From Glaucostegus cemiculus (Eukaryota): 64,000 nt of DNA. The stretch is from assembly GCA_976551045.1 (NCBI GenBank), contig CDPCPM010000013.1, positions 23,374,001 through 23,438,000 of the forward strand, written 5' to 3'. A program made the position numbers and the translations under genes. Within the stretch, counting starts at the first letter, position 1. Each line of letters begins with the position of its first letter. The notes under the pieces were generated by a model, which was given only the letters and a program-made list of their open reading frames with translations, searched no databases and was not told where the DNA came from. This document shows positions 25,986-36,630 of this stretch, one piece after another.

Positions 25986-27992
25986 TAGGCCTAAACAGAA
26001 TGAACCTATTTTCCTAGATAGAGCTGATTAGTAGAAGGATTACAGGAAGACTGAGGAATATTTTCATGGTGGCCACTTGGAATACATGGGGTGGAAAGGC
26101 AGTGGAGGCAGAAACGCTCAGCAGATTTAAAACGTACCCAGGTGTAGCTGTAACCTACAGGGCTATGGGTCAAGTACTGGGAAATAAGATTAGCCAAGAT
26201 TTGTTTTTGCAACCGGGGATACTACAAGATCATTCTGTACTATGAATTTCTCTGATTCAATGAGTTCTGCTCCCTTTTCTGGTACATTGTGTTCAAAATG
26301 CAGTTTCAAATAGAAGTCAATAATAAGGAGCAATCAGTTGGGCAGAAAAATTCAGGTGGAAGGTCAAGTAATTCAATTCACAGCCAAGTACTCTATTCAT
26401 CTTTTAAAGTATATGATTGGCAGGCTTGTGAGCTAATATATTTTTGATTCTGTTAATGGCTAGCTACGTGATATAGTATGAGAGATATATATTTTAATAG
26501 TTCCAGTCCATTGAGGATTTATCTGAACTGACAAGCATTCTGAAACTTAATAGACAGTGTAAGTAAAAGACTCTGCAGATCAGTTGACTGCCCTGTTAAG
26601 TATATTTAGTCAAGGACTGAGCTTCCAGTTCTATTTATCATGAAGGTTAAAGGGGAGGAACACTTTTTCTGTATTTACTATATACTTATGTTCATATTTA
26701 ATATACTTCAACAAGCTGTTTGCTGTTCTGAAAATTGGCACAGTAATTGATAACTTCATCTGCAGTCTGATCTGTCTATCCTACCTTCCTATGGATAAAC
26801 AACAATATGACTGTTCACTCTTGGTGTTAATGCATTTGTCTGAGTACCAATTAATATCTCTTAATATTCTGTACAATGAGTTACAATCAATCCTGCATTC
26901 AAATCAGGTACTCTAGATGCTGATGTGCTAACTGAGCCAAGAGCAAGGCTCAGATCGGAGGGCTGGGAAGAAGAGGGTAGTCGTGAGGCAGGTGAGGAGC
27001 AGACTTTGCAGAAGGTGCTGGGGTGGTGTGGTTGGTTGGGGGGAGACATTAGGTGCAAAGAGACAGCAACGAGGACAACATGTGTAGGATTGAGCCACGG
27101 GGATGAGCCAAAGAACATGGGGCAAACCATCTCAGAGAAGAGATGAGAGAGAAAAATGATGGAATAGAAGATTTGGCACTCTGGCAAGGCCAACGCCAGC
27201 GCCCCCCCCCCCCACCTCCCACCACCACCCACCTAAAGTGGCATGGGGCCCTAGATTAGGGCCCAAATCCATCTCCACGAAGAAGGGGACAGAAAAGAAC
27301 AGTGCTTTCAACTTTCGAGGGATAAAACGGAACCATATATGGGGCATGGTTTGGTCTATATTCACTTTACCAACTTCTTTGGGAAGGGATATCATGCCAA
27401 GTGTGTAACAAGAGGCTTGAACAACATCAAGCATGTTCAGGTATGTGTTATTCTTGTGGGAATAGGGCGGCACATTGCTACGTGTGTGGTAGTGGGGCAA
27501 TGTTTTGTGGTATTGTAATTCACATTCCTGCTCTTTCATTTAATTTCTCTTCAAGCTTGCCCTACCCTATTCCATTACTAGAGGACCCATTTCTCACCCA
27601 TCTACTGCTCTTATCATGGCTTTTCTTCTTTCACATCAGTGCCCTGATGCATAACCGGATGCAGGAGGTTTCTGAATGAATTTGACGCCGGGATTTTGTT
27701 TCTCTTTGTTCTTTCCTTCAAATGTTTCTGCATCTTGCTGAAGACAAGGAAAGAACTTACACTTTACAGAGGCAGGCACCAATGTATCTTTATCTTCTGA
27801 ATGATCTGAGAATGAGTGGAATAGGACTATGTTGTATTTATATCATGGCCCAAAAAATGCCAAAAAAAATCCATGATTCTGAGATATGCAAATCACTTCA
27901 TATCATATGGTCTAGATCAGAAACTCACTTGAATGGTTTACAAATATTGAAGAGTGGCAAAAGGTATGTGTGACCATTATAGTTAAAAATAA

Positions 27993-28345
27993 GGGCAGCA
28001 CTGTGGCACAGCTGGTAGCAGTGCTGTTGCACAACTCCAGTGCCTTGGTTTCAATCCTGACCTTGGCTGCTATCTGAGTGGAGTTTCTACATTCTCCCTT
28101 TGACCTCATGGGACTCCCTCAGGTACTCCAGTTTCCTCCCACATCCCAAAGATGTGTCAGTTGGTAGGTTAATTAGCCACTGAAAATTCTACCTAGTTTT
28201 AGTGGGTTGCAGGAGAACTTGGAATTGATGGGCATCAGAGAATAGGTTACAGGGAAAAATGTGGGGGAAGGGGATTGATGGGATTTCTCTGAGAGTTGGC
28301 AGAGAGTTGATGAGCTGAATGGCCTCCTACGTTGCATGAAAATAT
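27993..28345 (+). mobile_element. HE1-like V-SINE
   Basis: tRNA-like head gggcagcactgtggcacagctggtagc..ggtttcaatcctgacc, core gtggagtttctacattctccc..ccagtttcctcccacatcccaaagatgtg, and CR1-type tail gatgagctgaatggcctcct. Confidence 0.85.
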
Positions 28346-30553
28346 GAGAAAATATTCTTAAAAATGAGAATCAATTTGAGGTTGCTTTCTTGCACAGAGT
28401 ACCCTTTTTATCTGAGATTGTAGGTTATGGTAGGTCGGTTCATTGATCCATTGGCTTCACTGGGACACTATCCAAGCTCTGTGGTTGCCAACTGCAACTA
28501 TCCAGAGATAGCTTGGCAATTGTAGAAGACAACAAGTCAAGAGTCTGGGGCAGTGAGCGTTTGGGAAGAGGCTGGTGGTAGCTGGCAGTCCCTTGTGGTC
28601 TGTATGTAGAATTGGGAGAACCACTCCTGTGTCTCCTGGTTCCATCATAAAGCAAATAATATTGTTCATTTTTAGGAGTGGTTGATTTTTCTGCTGAGCA
28701 CCCAAGTAAACAGTTCTAAATGAGGAGGGCTGATGCAGCAGTTGTGCTTTCTGATGTGCAGAGACCTCAAGAGAGTTTCAGTTTCAGCATATCTACTGGA
28801 TATCCAGTGAGCAGGCTGATCCACTATGAAAGGAAGCATGTCCACATGGCCTGCTATATTGGCCTTCACCACCCATTTATGTCTGTGAGGTGAGCAGAGT
28901 GCAATTAAATTTCTAGACTTTTAAATATTTCTTCACCAGCTACACAGTTACTCAAAGCAACCAAATATATGAGGTAGATCTTGTGTTGTACTGAATTCAT
29001 TGTACCTGGCCTTGGGGCACACTGTTTCATCCAGTGTTGCCATGGATTCTGTCCTCCAGTGAGTCCCAGTGCTTCAGAGTGGCAGAGCCCTGGTCAAGGC
29101 CCCACCCAGCCTGCTGACACGGGCAGCCTGCCTCACTAACAGAAGGGCTTTGACAGGCAGTGACACACCCACTCCATGCTCGTCAGTTGTCAGAGCAGTC
29201 ACTGTTCCTGAATCTCTGTGAAAGTCTCTGACTTGCAACAACTGGCACTGCTCAGGGGCAGCCAGCAGCACTGGAAGCGGGAAGAACAGAAAGTGCCACC
29301 ACAGGCTTGGACCCACTACAGGACCGGAAAATGGGACTTCCATGAGGACATTTCCTGGGATCAGTCCCATCGTGGAAATGGATCTAGCCCAATTCCCATT
29401 CCCAGTGTTTCATTCTTTATAACTTAAAGCTGACATTAACACAAGCACTGCACTAACAAATTGCAGTTCATCTGAAATTCCATTATCTAAGTACAATACA
29501 ATGAGTTTCAATTTAGTATGCACAATGAGCTGCTTCAGCTGAACCATTGTATCCATGTGTATCATGAGTTGGGTATGTCCTACTTAACAGTCAAGTGATA
29601 ATCACATGTACACAAACTATTGTTTGCATGTAGTAATTTTTTATATAAATAAGATCAATCTCAATGGCTAATCATGTTGACTGTTTCTGTCAAAACAATA
29701 TAGAGAGGTTAATCTATGTCCTTTATTTCCTGGTACCAGTACTGACATTTGAGCAGCAAATGAGAGTGAATAGGATAACATCCAGAACCAAGTACCAAGC
29801 AGCTGACCACAAAAAAAGAGAGGTGCAATACTATTTGAAGCAATCACATTTTAATCTTCATATATCTATCAATTGCTTATTGAAGTAGTTATATCTGCCA
29901 CATTGTTGGTGCTACGGTCTGGTGCTATGAGTTACAATATTGAATGTGACTCAAACCACATTAAGTTCAACTAATGTCAGTTAAGCCTTACTTTACTGAT
30001 ACTGAATTCTTCCATTTGTTAAATTTGGCACAGATTTTGTTGGGAAATGCCAGTAGGACTGTAGCTAAACTTATAGGTCTGCAATTTTCATGCATAAGTG
30101 CCAGGAAGTTTGCAACTCCTGTACAAATGAAAATCCTAAACATCCAAACATTTCTTTGCCAGGGAATCCACAATAGCACTCCAGTGCTATGCTCCATATA
30201 GAGACCACCAGCAGAGCCATTTGGTGACTATTTCCTACCATTTGGGGAATCCACTAAGTAAACTACACCACATCAGATCAAATGCAAGGACACATCTCTG
30301 TTCATTTGAATGGAGAGAAATGGCTGCTATTGATAAAGCGTTAAACTTTTAAGTTGTTTTTGTTGAATTAAATGCTTTTATATTTTAAAGAGAATTTAGC
30401 TATTTTCCACACTTTGCAAAGATTTCGTGATTAGTCTTTTAATTGAATATTTCATAATACAGGTGACCCCAGCAATACTAGGGTGTTGCATTCCCAGAAC
30501 ATGGTCTGTACCGCGGTTTTCCATAATGCAAAACTGTGTCATCTGCGCATGTA

Positions 30554-30758
30554 NNNNNNNNNNNNNNNNNNNNNNNNNNNNNNNNNNNNNNNNNNNNNNN
30601 NNNNNNNNNNNNNNNNNNNNNNNNNNNNNNNNNNNNNNNNNNNNNNNNNNNNNNNNNNNNNNNNNNNNNNNNNNNNNNNNNNNNNNNNNNNNNNNNNNNN
30701 NNNNNNNNNNNNNNNNNNNNNNNNNNNNNNNNNNNNNNNNNNNNNNNNNNNNNNNNNN
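30554..30758. other. Assembly gap (205 N)
   Basis: Run of n. Confidence 0.99.
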
Positions 30759-32376
30759 CACATAAATTCTGTGAGAGTGAATTCTATTTGGTATCGCCAA
30801 TTTTTGGGTATTAATTTATGAGTGTTTCGATTATGAGAAACATACTTGATTTTTGACAGCTTTGCTGGGGATGTGGGTTAATCAAAAAGTTCTTTCCTTT
30901 GTGTTGTCGACAGAACTTGTCTTTTCAGGAAGTTCTTATTAGGTAAGGACAGAATATGTAGTTCAGCAATGAGTGCAAGCAGTTTGCTGCTGTCAACAGA
31001 TTCTAGTCTATTATCTTCATCCTTGTTATTCCTGAGATGTTTATTTGGTAAAGAGCTTTTTACCCCTTTATTTCCTTTTTTGCCACTTCCGTTAAAGAAA
31101 CCTAATTAGAGCCAAACACTGATGAAGAACACCATTCATATTCCACTTTTATCATAACATGTGAATAAATTTATTCTTGTATCGGAAGTGTTTCTTTTAA
31201 TCAACTGATGCCCACAAATAAGTAAGTCTCCCAGATGGTTTGCACTGAATTCAGTTTGTAATTAACTTGCTGCTGAATTTAACACACAATTGCATCCAAT
31301 GGCTTCTGCTGTTCTGCTCGTATTTTGAATTAACATATATTACTTTTCATCTATGTTTATTGGTGTTTTACACAATAAATAGTGGCAAGACTTTGGTAAC
31401 CATGACTTAAAAGCCATATATTAGTTCAAATCTGACTCCCTGATGAAAAGTATTTCTTCAGCCTCACTGATGAAATACACCAAGGTTATTGTCAACAACA
31501 GGTGATTTTCTTTCTTTCCCACTCTGAACAGCTTTTAATGCAGAAGTCTCAGAAACTCTAAAAAGGACTTTCAGCACTGAGTCTGTTCAGTGGAGATGAT
31601 GCAGACAACTACTAGGAGTACATTGCAGTCTCACAGATGTGAACTTCACAGCTCTTGCTCTTAAAGAATATCCTTGACCCCATTCTCATAAACAGCGCAT
31701 TCAGGACCAGAGTTCCTCTTTGCCCCATCAGTCCCAGTTCGATTGTTGACCTTTGTGACCAGTGTCCTGCCACATCAGGCTTTATCTGAGCAGTTGCTAC
31801 CCATGTGTACAGTAAACACTGGTGAGGTATTCCCATTCACCACCTCAAAGGAAGATGCCATGGTCTTATCTTGAGGCTTTGCTGCCCTAGTTTTCATTGT
31901 GCTGTTTTGGAATCTGTATAACATTTATTAGGAATGCTGGAATTTCTTTCAAAGATAAAGGAATCATGTTGGTTTACATATTTCTGTTGTTTTCTGTCAT
32001 GATGCCAAGGACATCCTATGCTTATTAGATATATGATCATTCAGGCCTGTCAAGTAGTATTTCACCACCTCTACTCTATTTTCTTGCCTCCACTACTTTC
32101 TATCTTTCAATTTCCTCTTCTCCTGCCCCAGAAAGAAAATGAGTTGGAAAGTTGAATTATTGCATTAGCAATGCATTTATTTACAGCAGCATATGTTGTC
32201 ACATTGAGCTACAATTTAATAATTCTAATCTATTCAGATACATGTTTAAACAATGACAAAGATATTCAAATCTATCCTTTGTAAAAGTAAAGGTTTTGGC
32301 AAAGAATGTCATGGATGTAGGATAATTATTTTAGTATAAATATCTCTAATCATCTCTCTAATGTTGTTTCTTTCAG

Positions 32377-32632
32377 AAGTCTCGACCAATGTTTCTCAGA
32401 ATCACTCAATGCTCAGAACACCCCCTCCTCCAACGTCGCATCCCCATTCTCTAAACCAACCACATGCCTCTTCAGTGAACTCATTGAACAGGGGAAACTT
32501 CACCACACGCAGTAATCCCAGCCCTAGTCCAGCTGATCTCCCCCCCCCTCCGGAACCACCTCCAAGCATACAGGATCCTGTCCACATGCAGGACAACTGG
32601 CTCCTCAACAGTAACATCCCCTTGGAGACTAG
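32377..32632 (+). CDS. TENM4: Teneurin-4 coding exon A (intracellular proline-rich region), 256 bp, phase 1 to 2
   Basis: Acceptor tttctttcag|AA and donor AG|gtaggc. Translation (E)[18 protein letters not shown]...[20 protein letters not shown]...[15 protein letters not shown] matches the teneurin intracellular domain. [21 protein letters not shown] and [13 protein letters not shown] are TENM4-like. Confidence 0.95.
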
Positions 32633-32825
32633 GTAGGCTTCTCTGTCAATAATTTACCTGAACTGCTGTGGTAGTTTACCACCGATAATACGTAAAACCT
32701 TGTAATGAAAGTATGTAAACAACATGAAATCTTTCTATATCATGATTTTTACAATATGTTTTATATTGCAATCTAAAAAGTAGAATACGATAGTATTTTC
32801 AATTGATATTTTGTATGAATATAAT

Positions 32826-33499
32826 GGCCTGGAGTTTCTGCTAGGGGTGCAGTCAGAATAATACTCAAGAAACATGCTGGACATTATGCTGGTTTTGTAA
32901 AGTTAGGTCCAAGTTTCCCTTTAAACTCATCGGCATAAACCCTTCCATAACAACTGGCATGAGCAACCTTATCGATAGTAATCAATTATTGATTAGAACA
33001 TGGATTATTGAACCTGAAGGTGACTACCAATTAAAGTAACCTGATTTAAATTGAAAATGTATTCAAGTAATTGCTGCATCTAAAGGATCAGCCTCCCAAT
33101 CAGTGGTCTGAATTTGAACTCAATTAAACGGATATTAAAATAATTTAAAATAATTATTACTGAAGCCTTAGAAACAGACCTGAGTGAGACTTCAATTAAC
33201 TGCTAGCCGCATGCAACTGCCGGTCATTAATGATGAATTAATGTGACCCTGATAGTCTTTGTGCCTGCAATTCTGGTTGAAGTATGATACCTGGCTCCAA
33301 ACAGGCAGAATCAGTGGTAACTCGCCAGGATGACCTAATGATGTGACCAGTTTTGTAAGCAAGGATGAAGCAGTGTGAAAATAGGCACAAACTCCAGCAT
33401 AAGTGGCAATGTTTTTTAATTTCAAATTCAGCAACATTTTTCATTTCTTTGATAAATTCTCTTATATCTTAGGCAGAAAGCATGCAGAGACTCCAGGTC
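32826..33499. mobile_element. Non-autonomous TIR element (PIF/Harbinger-like MITE), 674 bp
   Basis: Left ggcctggagtttctgc and right gcagagactccaggtc give a 14/16 inverted match. AAT lies on both sides. Subterminal inverted motif ttatgctgg / ccagcataa. No coding capacity. Confidence 0.7.
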
Positions 33500-33766
33500 A
33501 ATGATGGTGGGTTCAGGGTTCATTCATATAAAGTAATTTTATCCGAACCATTTTACATTATACCTTAAAACTATTAAAATGCTGATCTGAATATCACAAT
33601 TTAAATAGGACATCAGTAATTTCTCTGCCACTTCTATTTCTATCATAACACTGATGTCTGCTTTTACGTTTTCAGCCATTTTGCTGTTTTGATTTTTGCT
33701 CTCTCCATTCACTATTTTATTCATATGCAGCTCATTGGCTTCATTCATATTTCCATCTGAATGTAG

Positions 33767-33865
33767 AAATGTAGCAAAGCAGACATTCCTAGAGAGTTTG
33801 CAGGACAACCTAATTGAGATGGACGTTTTTACCTCTGCTCGACATGAAGGTGGTTACAATGATGG
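33767..33865 (+). CDS. TENM4: Teneurin-4 coding exon B, 99 bp, symmetric phase 2 to 2
   Basis: Acceptor atgtag|A and donor GG|gtatgt. Translation RNVAKQTFLESLQDNLIEMDVFTSARHEGGYNDG corresponds to the TENM4 segment containing LQDNLIEMD. It keeps frame between exons A and C. Confidence 0.92.
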
Positions 33866-33923
33866 GTATGTGATGCTTCTTGCTGGGTGTGATGACTTCC
33901 GTGTTCAGTTCTTCCTGTCTTAG

Positions 33924-34275
33924 AGTTGAAAACTCAATTTACAAAGACCAACTTCAAAAGTTTGCAGAGTATTCTCTCTATTAGCCAGTATCTTAAATTG
34001 CTAGTATCTAAGGTCATTATTTTATCCAAAGCAAAAGCTTTTGTGATTTTAGTATTCTATCACTTGTCAAATCTAAGATCCAAAATCAGTCTTTTCTTAG
34101 TTGAAAACTCAATTTACAAAGACCAACTTCAAAAGTTTGCAGAGTATTCTCTCTATTAGCCAGTAGCTTAAATTGCTAGTATCTAAGGTCATTATTTTAT
34201 CCAAAGCAAAAGCTTTTGTGATTTTAGTATTCTATCACTTGTCAAATCTAAGATCTAAAATCAGTCTTTTCTTAG
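33924..34275. repeat. 175-bp tandem duplication (2 copies, 2 substitutions)
   Basis: agttgaaaactcaatttacaaagacc... begins at 33924 and again at 34099. Differences are cagtaTctt/cagtaGctt and gatcCaaaa/gatcTaaaa. Confidence 0.97.
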
Positions 34276-35889
34276 CAATAATTAGTTGTGTTCAGAGAAT
34301 GTCTATTTTACAGATTTATTATGATTAATTGCGTTCAGAAAATTTCTATGTTTTATAGATTTATTCATAGTCTTTTCTGCAACTGCTGTAAGGAACTGAA
34401 ATTGTGTGTGTTAGTTCTTACTCTGGACCTGCCGTGGACTGATAACAACAGTAATTTATTTCTAATTACAAACTTGAGAATGTCACTAGAAAAATCCTAA
34501 AGTCAATTTGTCCTTTTTGTAATATTACTTCTGCTAAATTTTAATTCTAGTTAATTTTATAACCCAATTTTGCTGACTGTATCGATTTTCCCTGAATACA
34601 TATGAAGAGTTCCAAAAATCCAAATTGCGATCTAACTTAGCTCTGATGAAAAGGAAATGCAGTAAGGCAAACTGTGGTGAGATCTGGTTAAATCTCCTTT
34701 GTTGACATTAAAGTCATAATAGTTTTGGAACTATCGTTGCACTTAAATCACACTGAATACTAGCTTCCACATTTGCATAAAATGTCTAAAAAGGCCTCAT
34801 AAAATTCCAGAAATTAATGAAACTGAAGATTGGATGGCAGTTGTAAAGCACTCAGGCTTTACCCCTGTGGTTTTATGACATTTTCTGAGCCCTTGGACTA
34901 AGTTATGGCTTTGTCTTAAGTGTCCATTACTCTATTTCCTTACCGGTATATTGAAGTCAGTTGGGTTTTTTTCTCTTTCACAGGCACTTCCCACTGATCT
35001 TTACATATTCCAAATTTCTAATCCTTTCAATTGCTTTTTTCTTAAAAAATGCTATTCCTTAATGTGCTACCCTTTTAATGCACTGCCATTTGCTTGTAAC
35101 TTCACGCCTAATTCATTTTACATAGGGGAATGCGTACAGCTTTAATTGTACTTCTGGTCCACTCATACTGCCACTAATTGAGATTTTACATCTGAAAGCT
35201 ACTATTTGCATTTAGTCATATTATTAATACAATACTGCTGAGCTAACTTTGAAGCTGAAGTGGTGATTCATGCTGTAATACTCACACTTCACTTTTTGAT
35301 GCCACCCTACTATAATCAAACGATACATATTCTAACCAATTATTTTTTCATTTGAATATGTTTCAAAGCATCAATTTTCTTCTTTGTACATTTTCAGAAG
35401 AGTCTGTCATCTGAATTTTATCTCTAATGCATTTCAATTTTATGTAAAATTTTACATCATGAAAAGTATAGGAACTCCCTATCAAGAAGTACAGTGACAG
35501 TTCCTTCTACATATGGTACAAGAATGGTTGAAAGTTGTAGTTCACTATCACCTTTTCAACAGCAGTTAGGAATAGGTAATAAATACTTGCTTTTCAATGA
35601 AATATATGAATGAGAGAAAGGAAAGTGCTTGATCAGTGCTGGATTTTTTGTACTGGATGAGCTTGCCCTGAGGCAAGGAATAAGCTGTAGGAACCTCTAC
35701 CAGTTGTTAGCCCTTGAGTATATAGTTTGCCTTTTCTGGTGCAAACTTTAGGAGTTTCTGTTCATGGGAGATAATGGTTGGAAAAGTCCTGCAACAGCAA
35801 GCTAGGTGCCAGGAGTGCAAACTCAGACAACTGTTATCATTTCTTAAAGGAAATATCTGAGCAACGGCCTTAATGAGACACATTTCTTT

Positions 35890-36146
35890 AAGTTTTAAGT
35901 TTTTTAAAGTTTTATTTACAGCGTGGTAACAGGCCCCTTCGCCCCAACGAGTCCACGCCGCCCATTTTAAATACCCCCAATTAACCTACCCGTACGTCTT
36001 TAGAATGTGGGAGGAAACCGGAGCCCCCGGAGGAAACCCACGCAGACATGGGAGAACGTACAAACTCCTTACAGACAGCGATGGGAATCGAACCCCGATT
36101 GCCGGCACTGTAACAGCGTTGCGCTAACAGCTACGCTATCGTGCCG
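35890..36146 (-). mobile_element. Young tRNA-derived V-SINE with CR1-type tail
   Basis: CpG-retaining copy. Reverse complement: cggcacgatagcgtagctgttagcgc..ggttcgattccc..ggagtttgtacgttctccc..gactcgttggggcgaaggggcctgttaccacgctgtaaataaaac plus (aaactt)-like repeats. Confidence 0.9.
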
Positions 36147-36149
36147 TGT

Positions 36150-36630
36150 AAATGGAAAATGAGCAGAATACAGTGGATGCAGGAAATTTAAAAGCAACAG
36201 AAATATTCATAAAGCATCTGTGCAGAAAAAGAGTTAACAGTTTAGCTGAATGAAGTTTAATCAGAGCTGAGAACAGAGATAGAACAAGTTTTAAGTTGTG
36301 TAGAAAGGAAGAAGGGATGGACAGGACAAAAAGTAAAATGTGTGATAGGATAAAATGCCTAAAAGATGACATAACTGAAGGATTGATAGTGCCAGACAAC
36401 AAAAGCCAAGATGAGGTGCAAATGTAGAATGATTTGAAAGGAGTGCTGGAAATCAGAATTAAAATGGTTGCTGATTTTAGTGTTGTGTCCAGAATGCAGT
36501 AATGTGCCAAGTTGGAAGATGTGGTGCTGTTTTCAAGGTTAGTTTGAGCTTTGTTGGAATAATGCAAGAGCTTGAATTCACAGTGGTTGGAGGAGTAGTG
36601 CGGTGGAAAATTAAAATGGTTGTCAAACAT
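36150..36630 (-). mobile_element. Decayed Penelope-like element 3' region
   Basis: agcatctgtgcagaaaaagagttaac matches the terminal-repeat family. The distal part (tgagctttgttggaataatgc..gaaaattaaaatgg) resembles 5320-5395. Confidence 0.55.

Noticed and set aside
27200-27264. Poly-C tract and gggcccta-gat-tagggccc hairpin
   Set aside because: Short, low-complexity features expected by chance; no supporting context.
30396-30821. ORFs spanning the first gap (and 42320-42604 at the second)
   Set aside because: Artefacts of N runs.
1-32376. miR-708 (a TENM4-intronic miRNA in mammals) or an additional coding exon
   Set aside because: I did not see the mature miR-708 sequence or any teneurin-like coding segment in this stretch by eye; the preceding exon appears to lie upstream of the window.
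36080-36146. tRNA gene
   Set aside because: The A/B boxes belong to a SINE head that continues into the V-core; no complete cloverleaf is evident. The same applies at 7356, 27993 and 57650-57722.
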